Translations under genes and position numbers: made by a program
DNA from: Christensenella sp. UBA5489
Lineage (GTDB): Bacteria > Bacillota > Clostridia > Christensenellales > UBA1242
Reading direction: 5' to 3'
DNA length: 64,000 nucleotides
NCBI GenBank assembly: GCA_002424095.1
Contig: DIPL01000001.1
Location: 2,184 to 66,183, forward strand
In this document: in pieces, positions 8,234 through 16,935 of the stretch
Numbering within the stretch: position 1 is the stretch's first letter
Layout: the number at the start of each line of letters is the position of its first letter
Notes under the pieces: generated by a model
Database searches by the model: none
What the model was told of the DNA's origin: nothing
Seen by the model: only the letters and a program-made list of their open reading frames with translations

Positions 8234-9712
8234 ATGATTTTTTTTAGCAAAAAAACAAAAATCTATAATAAATTGGAGAAATGTAAATTGCGAGAAGTTG
8301 TAAATCAAATTTTAAAAATTGAAAACATATTAAAAACAAGAAATCAAACAAATTCTAAACTTAAAAAGTATAACAAAGGTTCGTTGATTCATAAAAAGCA
8401 AATGCAGTTTCATAAATGCAAAAAACGTAATCGCTGGGTTTTCGGAGGCAATCGAAGTGGTAAAACTGAATGCGGTGCAGTTGAAACAGTTTGGCTTGCA
8501 CGTGGAATTCATCCATACAAAGAAAACAAGAAAAATATAAGCGGTTGGATTGTTTCGCTGTCGCATCAAGTTCAAAGAGATGTTGCACAAAACAAAATTT
8601 TAGAATATATAAATCCTTATTGGATTAAAGAAGTTGTAATGCGTGAAGGGCGGAAAAGCAGTGCGAAATATGGAATAATTGATTTTATTCTCATAAAAAA
8701 TGTTTTCGGCGGTGCAAGTAAACTTGCTTTTAAGTCGTGCGATCAAGGGCGAGAAAAATTTCAAGGAACAAGTCTTGATTTTGTTTGGTTTGATGAAGAG
8801 CCACCGCAAGATATTTATCGTGAATGTCAAATGCGTGTTATGGATAAAAAAGGTGAAATTTTCGGAACAATGACACCGCTTAAAGGGCTAACGTGGGTTT
8901 ATGATGAAATATACTTAAATCAATGTGCCGACAGCGAAGTTTGGTCAATTTTTATGGAATGGAACGATAATCCATTTTTAAATAAAGAAGAAATTACACA
9001 TTTAACGCAAACACTTTCAAGTGATGAATTGGAAAGCAGGCGCTACGGCCGTTTTATTCATAACGGCGGATTAGTCTATGGTGAATTTGACCCATCTATT
9101 CATATAATTGAGCCGTTTAATGTGCCGACTGAGTGGTATGATAATATTTCAATTGACCCGGGACTGAATAATCCTTTATCAGCACATTGGTATGCAGAAG
9201 ATTTTGATGGAAACATTTACGTAATTGCAGAACATTATGAAGCACGGCAAACAGTTCTATATCACGCAAGCAAAATCAAAGAAATATGCCAAACTTTGAA
9301 TTGGCCGTTGTTTCAAGGCAAAGTCCGTGCTTTAATTGACAGTGCATCAAATCAAAGAACGCTTGCGGGCGAAAAATCCGTGAGTGAACTTTTTAATGAC
9401 TGCGGAATTTTAGTAAGTACTTCGGTTAATAAAGATTTATTCAGCGGAATTAATAAAGTTAAATGGTTTTTAAAGGATGTAGAAAACAAAACTCGTCTTT
9501 TTATATTTAAATCTTGCGTAAATCTAATAAGAGAAATCAAAGGTTACAGTTGGGGCAATGGCGAAAAACCGATGAAAAAAAATGACCACGCACTTGATGA
9601 ATTGAGATATTATTTAATGTCAAAGAACAGTAGAACAGAAAAACCAAATAAAACCGAAATTCAAAAAAACAAAGAAAAATTAATTCGAAAAATAAAAAAT
9701 ACAAATTTTTGA
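8234..9712 (+). CDS. terL: phage terminase large subunit
   Basis: Walker A is FGGNRSGKTECG and Walker B is LDFVWFDEEP. Nuclease-domain acidic motifs are ISIDPGLNNP and NDHALDELRY. Full length at 492 aa. Confidence 0.9.
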   Translation: MIFFSKKTKIYNKLEKCKLREVVNQILKIENILKTRNQTNSKLKKYNKGSLIHKKQMQFHKCKKRNRWVFGGNRSGKTECGAVETVWLARGIHPYKENKKNISGWIVSLSHQVQRDVAQNKILEYINPYWIKEVVMREGRKSSAKYGIIDFILIKNVFGGASKLAFKSCDQGREKFQGTSLDFVWFDEEPPQDIYRECQMRVMDKKGEIFGTMTPLKGLTWVYDEIYLNQCADSEVWSIFMEWNDNPFLNKEEITHLTQTLSSDELESRRYGRFIHNGGLVYGEFDPSIHIIEPFNVPTEWYDNISIDPGLNNPLSAHWYAEDFDGNIYVIAEHYEARQTVLYHASKIKEICQTLNWPLFQGKVRALIDSASNQRTLAGEKSVSELFNDCGILVSTSVNKDLFSGINKVKWFLKDVENKTRLFIFKSCVNLIREIKGYSWGNGEKPMKKNDHALDELRYYLMSKNSRTEKPNKTEIQKNKEKLIRKIKNTNF

Positions 9713-9755
9713 ATTATCTGATTATTTTACTTCTTGAAGAATAATTGCTACATAA

Positions 9756-9784
9756 TTGACATAATTTCGAACTTATTGTATAAT
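9756..9784 (+). promoter_or_regulatory. perfect consensus sigma-70 promoter upstream of the paralogue triplet
   Basis: TTGACA (9756-9761), an exactly 17-nt spacer, then TATAAT (9779-9784). It begins 44 nt after the terL stop. Confidence 0.55.
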
Positions 9785-9869
9785 GAAAACATAAAAAATG
9801 TAGAGATTAAATCAAGAAAAACCGAACAAAAACATATAAAAAAATTTCTTATACATAAAGGAAAGAAAT

Positions 9870-11156
9870 ATGAAAAGAGTTGTTGTATCGCCAGAAAAGC
9901 CAGTGCAAAAAATCAAAAGACTACCAAAAGACTATCGAGAATTGAAATCTGATGAAAATCCATACATAGCAAAATTAATTTCTTATATACAAGAAAAATA
10001 TCCCTATAATTATGTTAGCGATAATCGTGGAAATATAAACGAAGCATTAACAAAACGTTTCATTGCCCATAATCTTTTAACAGACTTTGAAGATACTGGC
10101 GATATGATACAATTTGTAAAATTTTATGCTTCTTTTATTTTATCAAAACACGGAATCAATGAAATTGAATATTATCAAAAATCTGTTGGCTTGGAAGATT
10201 CTTATTCGACAAATAATTATATGAGAGAAAATAAAATACATTTGCCTTTATATAGATTTACAAGTTCTCGGGACATTAAACGTCTTTTAGCAACAATGAG
10301 ATACATTGAAGAAGATATAATTTATCAACAAAATTTCATCAACGGCACAGGTTTAAATAAAAAAATAACAAATCCATGTAGATTTCCAGATAGATTTCAA
10401 GTTGATTATGCAAATGAAAGAGTGCGAGATTTCTTTCAATTTTTGGAAAGATTTGTTTCTCGTCCAAAAACGGTTATAAATAACGAAACCAAAACTTATT
10501 CAATGGATTATATAAACAGTTATATGATACGAAAAAATGACATAAGTCAACAGTTGGCATTTGACTCTTCGGTTTCTGAAATGAATAACATTTATGAATA
10601 TTTGAAATATGTTCATAATAATGATTTTGTCAACCCAGCCGAAAAAGAAAAAGCAGATTCAAATTTTGAAATTATAAAAGATGAATTGTTTAAATATAAT
10701 CTAAATTCTAAACAGCAACACAAGCGTTGGAGAGAATCAAACCAGTCAAACAAGGAATTTGAAACAATGGATAATATGATAAAAGAAAAATATTATGAAT
10801 ATTGCGAAAGATGCCTTGTAGACGAATTTGAAATAATAAACGAAAGTGCACAGTGGGAACTTCTCTCGCAAGGAATGAAAATTGCTAGATATTATAATTC
10901 AGATTTGGCTCAAAGATTATATGAAAGATGTTTTGAACTTGGGGCATATAAAGCGTGTTTAACTCTTTTAGATGCACCTAAATTTCCGGCTACCGAAAAA
11001 CAATTAAACGAACTTATCACTGAATATATTGATGAACCTGATTTTGAGAAAAATTTATATGAATACTTAATTAATTTTGATAAAGATTTTTTACGTAAAT
11101 CTTATATAAAAAATCAGACTTTAAATCAAAACAAAGATGAAGAGTATGTTTTATAA
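9870..11156 (+). CDS. hypothetical protein, paralogue 1 of a tandem triplet (unrecognised family)
   Basis: 428 aa with no TM helix or signal peptide. Its C-terminal module (nt 10899-11105), SDLAQRLYERCFELGAYKACLTLLDAPKFPATEKQLNELI...NFDKDFLRKSY, is shared with the next two ORFs. Confidence 0.7.
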   Translation: MKRVVVSPEKPVQKIKRLPKDYRELKSDENPYIAKLISYIQEKYPYNYVSDNRGNINEALTKRFIAHNLLTDFEDTGDMIQFVKFYASFILSKHGINEIEYYQKSVGLEDSYSTNNYMRENKIHLPLYRFTSSRDIKRLLATMRYIEEDIIYQQNFINGTGLNKKITNPCRFPDRFQVDYANERVRDFFQFLERFVSRPKTVINNETKTYSMDYINSYMIRKNDISQQLAFDSSVSEMNNIYEYLKYVHNNDFVNPAEKEKADSNFEIIKDELFKYNLNSKQQHKRWRESNQSNKEFETMDNMIKEKYYEYCERCLVDEFEIINESAQWELLSQGMKIARYYNSDLAQRLYERCFELGAYKACLTLLDAPKFPATEKQLNELITEYIDEPDFEKNLYEYLINFDKDFLRKSYIKNQTLNQNKDEEYVL

Positions 11157-11215
11157 TAAATTAAAAATAAGGTAAGAAAACCAAAAAATTTACAAAAGAA
11201 AAATGGAGAAAAAAA

Positions 11216-12400
11216 ATGATAAATTTCAACAAAAATACAGAAGAAATTGACGAAAAAGAGATAATGAAATATCCAGTAAAACAGTTGCATTCTGCTATTT
11301 TATCAAAAGAAGAACTTTTGAAAAGTATGTTTAATGAAATTGCTGGCAAACTACTCGAATTTGAAACCTTGTCCGAGGAAGACCAATATAATTTAATTGA
11401 ATTATATATGTGCTATGCTGTAACTCGCGAAAATTTAACCGATGTAGTCCAAACGCCCGATATAAGTTTAAAAACAAATATTCGCAATGATATGTGGGTT
11501 CCGAATATTTATTTGTCATTAAAAAATAAAGATATTAAAGATTTAATGAAACGTTTATGGCATATTGAATATGAAATTGCACATATAAAAGAAACTCGTG
11601 CTTTAAATCCATATAAGACCGATAAAGTTGGAAACATTCAAGAAATTGATGCGAATACGGAAATTTCCGAAGAAGATACAACAGACTTTTTTTTGCATTG
11701 GAAAGATGGATTAACTTTTATTGATTTTTTTCATTTCCATTTTCCACACGAGAAAAGAGCAAGAGAAACTTGTTTAAAAAAAATAACGGAATTGCACGAT
11801 GAAATGGAAAGGATTCACGATGTTGAAAAAACAGGAAGAAATAATCCAAAATTGCAAAAAGAAGCACTTTTAATCAACGGGACGAAAAACGCAATTCAAT
11901 GGGTCAATGAATATTATAAGGCATACTATAACATAAAAAATACAAGATTTTTTCTTGAAAATTTAAGAAAAGAAGAAAAGCAGATAAGACAAAAATTTCA
12001 CGATATTATTGCACCCGAAAACACCGATGACTTAATATCAGTTAGAAAAAATGGAGATTTATCAAATCTAGCACAAGGTTTAAAACATCGAAATTTTTAC
12101 GATGTAAAAGTTGCCGATAAAATATATAACAATGCTTTAAAATGTGATGAATATAAAGCCTGTCTAACAATTCTAAATCTTTTAGATTATCCTGTCGATG
12201 AAAAACAAATAAAAGATTTGATTATGAAATATGATGACAATAAACATTTTTGCCAAGATTATTTCGAAATGATGACAAATTTTCATGATGAATATCTTGC
12301 AGGATTATACCTCGATGCTTGGCACGAAAAATTTAAAAGCCAAAATAGATGTTTTGAAAAGCCGACACGAGTAAAGGAAACACCCGAAATGTCGTCGTAA
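11216..12400 (+). CDS. hypothetical protein, paralogue 2 of the tandem triplet
   Basis: 394 aa. C-terminal module (nt 12104-12310) is VADKIYNNALKCDEYKACLTILNLLDYPVDEKQIKDLI...NFHDEYLAGLY. The N-terminal LIELYMCYAVTRENL matches ALIELYVAYRAKKL of paralogue 3. Confidence 0.7.
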   Translation: MINFNKNTEEIDEKEIMKYPVKQLHSAILSKEELLKSMFNEIAGKLLEFETLSEEDQYNLIELYMCYAVTRENLTDVVQTPDISLKTNIRNDMWVPNIYLSLKNKDIKDLMKRLWHIEYEIAHIKETRALNPYKTDKVGNIQEIDANTEISEEDTTDFFLHWKDGLTFIDFFHFHFPHEKRARETCLKKITELHDEMERIHDVEKTGRNNPKLQKEALLINGTKNAIQWVNEYYKAYYNIKNTRFFLENLRKEEKQIRQKFHDIIAPENTDDLISVRKNGDLSNLAQGLKHRNFYDVKVADKIYNNALKCDEYKACLTILNLLDYPVDEKQIKDLIMKYDDNKHFCQDYFEMMTNFHDEYLAGLYLDAWHEKFKSQNRCFEKPTRVKETPEMSS

Positions 12401-12463
12401 GATACCGACTCCAAAAATTGAGCAGTTGAATTAAATATAGTAAAAAAGGTACGTAGAATAATA

Positions 12464-13786
12464 ATGCAAATAAAAAAACTTCCATTAATCAAAAACGAAG
12501 ATGAAAATAAATTACTTAATCACCTTAACGAAGCGGCATTTGATATTGTTTTGAGAGCAGGTAGTGCTGACAAAATCGAAGATTTTTCTATTTCAAACGA
12601 AGAATTCGATTTTGAGCAGTGGCTAATGCTAAATCCTGACGATAAAAGCATGGAACAGATGAGCGCTTTGATTGAATTATATGTCGCTTATAGAGCAAAG
12701 AAACTTAGAATTAAAAATTTATCATACACGCAAGATGAAGAGTATTCAGGGCTAGATCCATTGCAAAAATCAAGAGTAATTTTTTTGCCAAATTTTCTTT
12801 TTTATCCACAGTCAATGAAAGATTTTTTATTAAACGCAGGGACAATCGAGCAACTGCTTATATACAAAAAATACGAAAGGAAAAAGTTAAGAAAATCGAG
12901 GGAAAAAGGAATAATTTACAATCAAAATTTTGATTATTTAAGTAAATATTTAACCTATAAATATAAAATGTTGCCTACTGATTCGCCTTATATGAAAGTC
13001 GACCAACACGAAAGCATAATTTCCGAATTTAACAGCGAACTGAGAGTGAAAGCCAATTATGCAATTGAAGATATGGTTTTAAATTTGCATAGAACTTTTC
13101 AAAATGCATTATTAAACAACCGTAACCAATATAGTAAAAATGAAATTAAAATACTAAAAGATGAGTTAGAATATGCGGAACTTATAAGCAAAGGTTTTAA
13201 TCTTTGCGAAGAACGTTTGCGGAAAGATTATTACAGCGATGAAGCAATTGAAAAATTAACAGATTTGCAATTACAAACAAAAAATGACTATTATAATTTA
13301 TGTACCAAGTGTTTAAATGGAAAACCAAGATTTCACGATGTCGAATGGATTATCCTAACAACTGGACTAGCACATCCTATGCTCTATGATGATGAATTGG
13401 CAGATGCCTTTTATGAAGCATGTTTCGAACGTAGGTTAGTGCAGGGCTGTTTTAATATTTTGAATTCACCTGAACATATACTTGACGCAGATGAATTGGC
13501 GGGAAATTTAGAGGAATTAATTTTAATAGGAAAAGACGACCCTTATTTTGAACAAGTCTATTATAATATGCTTGATAATTTTGATTTTGAATTCTTAAAA
13601 AGTTTTTATAATATTATATTGAAAGAAAACAAAAGAAATGTAACTTTTATGAATAAGGCAGGGCAAACCGTATACGCCGATAAATTAATAGGGAATAAAG
13701 AAAAGCAACTGAAATATTATTTCTTGGAAGACATAAGTCTTGAAAAATTACTCGGAGTTAAGTCATCATCCGAATTAGAAAGATGA
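12464..13786 (+). CDS. hypothetical protein, paralogue 3 of the tandem triplet
   Basis: 440 aa. C-terminal module (nt 13391-13609) is DELADAFYEACFERRLVQGCFNILNSPEHILDADELAGNLEELI...NFDFEFLKSFY. It also has KNDYYNLCTKCL, matching KEKYYEYCERCL in paralogue 1. Confidence 0.7.
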   Translation: MQIKKLPLIKNEDENKLLNHLNEAAFDIVLRAGSADKIEDFSISNEEFDFEQWLMLNPDDKSMEQMSALIELYVAYRAKKLRIKNLSYTQDEEYSGLDPLQKSRVIFLPNFLFYPQSMKDFLLNAGTIEQLLIYKKYERKKLRKSREKGIIYNQNFDYLSKYLTYKYKMLPTDSPYMKVDQHESIISEFNSELRVKANYAIEDMVLNLHRTFQNALLNNRNQYSKNEIKILKDELEYAELISKGFNLCEERLRKDYYSDEAIEKLTDLQLQTKNDYYNLCTKCLNGKPRFHDVEWIILTTGLAHPMLYDDELADAFYEACFERRLVQGCFNILNSPEHILDADELAGNLEELILIGKDDPYFEQVYYNMLDNFDFEFLKSFYNIILKENKRNVTFMNKAGQTVYADKLIGNKEKQLKYYFLEDISLEKLLGVKSSSELER

Positions 13787-13987
13787 TACTTTAAAACAAA
13801 TTATAGACTAATGATTTTTATTAAACATAAGTAAAAGGCTAAAAAAGCAAAACCAAAATTGATAAAACAAAAGAACATCTAAAAAGCATCACTTGCAGGC
13901 TATGATTTTTTGTTTCACATTTTTTATATTTTATAAAACAATCAATAAAAAAATATTGTAGAATTTTCATATTTTATATGTTTTTAT

Positions 13988-14015
13988 TTGTATTTTTGTT
14001 TAAATATGGTATAAT
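13988..14015 (+). promoter_or_regulatory. extended -10 promoter upstream of the GLUG surface-protein gene
   Basis: TGGTATAAT (14007-14015) with a weak -35 (TTGTAT) 16 nt upstream. Confidence 0.4.
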
Positions 14016-14093
14016 AAATTTAAAAATAGCAACAGAAAAATTTAAAAATTCAAATTCAATGGATTTTTGTTTTTAGCATTAAATGGAGATTTA

Positions 14094-16343
14094 ATGAAAA
14101 AAATTTTAATGTTTTTTATTATGATTTCTCTTATATCAGGCTCGGCAATAGGCATTGCGTTTGGGTTAAATTCTTATAGCTTGAATTTAAAAGTTTATGC
14201 TGCTGAACCTGTTGTTTTAACTAATCAAAATTTTACAACAGAAATTTCTTCACCCGATAACACAGATTTTATTTTATCAGAGGACATAACTCTTGATTAT
14301 TGGACGCCGATTAATTTCAATGGCAACCTTAACGGAAACGGTTTCGCCATAATTGTCGACAAAAATTTATTTAATAATTTAGACGGGGCAAAAATAACGA
14401 ACTTAGGTATTATTTTGAGTGAAGAATATATTTTTGACAACACAGGTTATACGCAGCCAAATTCAGATTTTGGGATTTTGGCAAAGTGTGCCGACTCATC
14501 AGAAATTGAAAATGTGTTTGCCGTTGGGAATTTTCAAGTTAAGGCAAAATCATCATTTCACGTAGGCGGCTTAATTGGCTGGACTAATGGTTCAATAATT
14601 AAAAATTCTTATGTAAAGACGCAGTTTTCGGCAATACAATTTTCCAGCGTAGCAAATTTGAGCATAATTGGTGGTTTTGTCGGCAAACTTTCAAATTCAA
14701 CCGTTCTTAACTCTTTTGCTATTCCATCGACACCGTTGTCATCATCAATGCCTTTACCAAACATTTTAAGCGGAACAGTAGATGACACGCTCATAAATCC
14801 ACAAACAAAATTATATATTGGTGGTTTTGCAGGTCTTGCCGAATGTGGTTCGGCTGGTCTTATTTCGAATATTTTTTGCGGTGGTGCATTTTCTTATTCT
14901 TATGAAGGTTTCCCGCAAGGTGGTGATGATTATATTTTAAAAGGCAAAATTTTTGGAGAAGTCAATGACTTTACTTCTGAATATTTGTCTTTTTGCCATA
15001 CTTTTAATAATCAGTCCGAAATTGAATTTATTGGGAGTACAAACAACGGCTATGTTTATAATAATTTTTCATTTAAAGATAATGCGGTTTTCGGTGAGAT
15101 ATTAAATTTCTCCCCCACCGCCGAAATCGACGATGTGCCACTTTGGAATTTTTTACATAACTGGAACACAACTTCGGTTTGGGCAAAAAAAGAATCAGCG
15201 CAGTTTATAATTTTGCAACCATTTGAACTCTTTTCAGTAACAATAGAAAACAGTTTAAACGACGAAAGTGTCGAATGTAAAATTTTTATTTTCGAAAATG
15301 ATGAATTCATCGAATCTAGTGAAACATCCTTTAAGTTTGGAACTCAACTAAAAATTGAAATAAAAATAATGAACGATTTCTTGCATTATAAACAAATAAA
15401 ATCTTTAACAAAAACAGATTCAACTTTTGATGCCGATTTAGTATGTAATGAAGAACTAACAGAGGCTTCTTTCGTGTTTACACTAGACGCAAGTTTTTCA
15501 GGTTCATACTATGGCACAACGAATAGCATTGACTTTTCTCTAATTGTCAGAACCGAGGACAGCGGAAAAGGGTTTGTCAATTATGGGACATCAAATGAAA
15601 ATCGAACTTTAATCCAATATCCGATTAATTATGGCGGTTTTGGATATGCTTTCAACGCAAAGCCAGTGAGCGATTCATATGCTTTTTCAAAATGGAACTG
15701 GATTGATGAACATGGTGAAAAAACTGTCGCTTTGCGTGGCGCTCCTGAAAATAGTTTGAATGCAAGACAATCGATTTTGATTGCTTTCGGAAAAAGTGGA
15801 AGTGATTCTGAATTAACATATTTGAATTTAGAAGGAAGTCCATCAATTCCACATACTATTGATGAAGAAACGGGCATAATAACCTTTACAATTGAAGCCG
15901 AATTCACCACAAATGTTTGCACTTTAAAAATAGAATCGCCAGTGAATAAAGAAAGTTGCACAATATATGTTGGTGGAATATTAATTGAAAATATAGTTGA
16001 TTTTGCAAATATCTATGAAGCAAGTGTGCAGGTTGGACAGCCAGTTGAAATTAAAATTGAAATGAAAGAAGATTTTATTTTTAAAGGGTGGAAAACTGGT
16101 AGCGGTCGACCGATAGCCGATTATATAAAAAATGATGAAACAGCAATGTCAACGACAATTAATTTAGTTTTGCCAAATGATTTTATTCTTTTCCTAGATT
16201 TTTATGAAGAAGTCGAACAGGAAGCAGATTTACTTTGGCTTTGGATTTCGCTGGGAGTAGTTGGCGGCGGCGGATTAATTGCTTTAACAATTTTCTTGAT
16301 TATTCGTTCAAGGAAAAATAGAGCATTTTTAAGGCACTATTAA
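14094..16343 (+). CDS. large cell-surface protein with GLUG motifs, an N-terminal signal/anchor and a C-terminal TM anchor
   Basis: Signal-like N-terminus MKKILMFFIMISLISGSAIGIAFG. Repeated GLUG-type motifs are VGGLIGWTNGSIIKNSYV, IGGFVGKLSNSTVLNSFA and IGGFAGLAECGSAGLISNIFCGG. The C-terminal TM is LWLWISLGVVGGGGLIALTIFLII followed by RSRKNR. GGAG favours ATG 14094 over the track start 14067. Confidence 0.7.
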   Translation: MKKILMFFIMISLISGSAIGIAFGLNSYSLNLKVYAAEPVVLTNQNFTTEISSPDNTDFILSEDITLDYWTPINFNGNLNGNGFAIIVDKNLFNNLDGAKITNLGIILSEEYIFDNTGYTQPNSDFGILAKCADSSEIENVFAVGNFQVKAKSSFHVGGLIGWTNGSIIKNSYVKTQFSAIQFSSVANLSIIGGFVGKLSNSTVLNSFAIPSTPLSSSMPLPNILSGTVDDTLINPQTKLYIGGFAGLAECGSAGLISNIFCGGAFSYSYEGFPQGGDDYILKGKIFGEVNDFTSEYLSFCHTFNNQSEIEFIGSTNNGYVYNNFSFKDNAVFGEILNFSPTAEIDDVPLWNFLHNWNTTSVWAKKESAQFIILQPFELFSVTIENSLNDESVECKIFIFENDEFIESSETSFKFGTQLKIEIKIMNDFLHYKQIKSLTKTDSTFDADLVCNEELTEASFVFTLDASFSGSYYGTTNSIDFSLIVRTEDSGKGFVNYGTSNENRTLIQYPINYGGFGYAFNAKPVSDSYAFSKWNWIDEHGEKTVALRGAPENSLNARQSILIAFGKSGSDSELTYLNLEGSPSIPHTIDEETGIITFTIEAEFTTNVCTLKIESPVNKESCTIYVGGILIENIVDFANIYEASVQVGQPVEIKIEMKEDFIFKGWKTGSGRPIADYIKNDETAMSTTINLVLPNDFILFLDFYEEVEQEADLLWLWISLGVVGGGGLIALTIFLIIRSRKNRAFLRHY

Positions 16344-16364
16344 TTTAGATATAGAACAATTAAT

Positions 16365-16389
16365 AAGTCGAAAATTTTCGACTTTTTTT
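16365..16389 (+). terminator. rho-independent terminator after the GLUG gene
   Basis: Palindrome AAGTCGAAAATTTTCGACTT followed by a T-run. Confidence 0.6.
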
Positions 16390-16508
16390 ATTTAAAATGA
16401 TTTATAAAAAAATATTCAAAATTATGTCCTATAAATACTCTTTTTAAAAAAATGTGTGTTATTATAATGCAAATTAAGAAAAGGTTCAACGACACATAAG
16501 GAAAAGCA

Positions 16509-16829
16509 ATGGAGAATAATGAAACTCAAATAAAAAATGCACTAATTAAAAAAGCAATTGGCTATAACACAAAAGAAACGGCGGAGGAATATGCGATTTC
16601 TGACGGCGATGAAATATTAAGTAAAAAAAAGATTTCAATTAAACATTTTCCCCCTGATGTGTCAGCAATTAAACTTTTTCTCTTATATTACGGCGAAAAA
16701 TCTGCGGAGATGCTTAACGAATTATCAGATGAAGATTTAGAAACGGAGAAAATCAGATTACTTAAAAGTTTAAAAGATGAACCGACAAAAGAACAAAACG
16801 ACTTATTGAAAGAGTTAAAAAAAACATAG
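16509..16829 (+). CDS. terminase small subunit-like protein (short form)
   Basis: ALIKKAIGYNTKETAEEY...KKKISIKHFPPDVSAIKLFLL matches the pattern L-x-K-R/K-A-L/I-G-Y...PPDV-x-A-x3-WL that I remember from small-terminase proteins of Firmicute phages. It lies directly upstream of portal. The usual N-terminal HTH part is missing. Confidence 0.5.
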   Translation: MENNETQIKNALIKKAIGYNTKETAEEYAISDGDEILSKKKISIKHFPPDVSAIKLFLLYYGEKSAEMLNELSDEDLETEKIRLLKSLKDEPTKEQNDLLKELKKT

Positions 16830-16935
16830 AATTTTAAAACAAACATTATAAAAAAACTAAATGAAATGCTTTTGAATTTATTCAAAAACATTTTTTTAAT
16901 TCCAAAATCAGAAACAAAATTTCAAAGGAGATTAA

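Noticed and set aside
9710-9952. The terL frame continues past its TGA stop. The only stops up to 9952 are TGA codons (9710, 9719, 9950), and the 72-aa track ORF 9734-9952 is in the same frame. I considered TGA recoding or read-through extending TerL.
   Set aside because: Conserved Trp codons are TGG (for example NusG KWYALHT, tgg at 2270). ORFs of 660-760 aa are uninterrupted under code 11, and many genes end cleanly on TGA at the expected lengths. The region also contains a perfect promoter and the RBS and start of paralogue 1, which explain it better.
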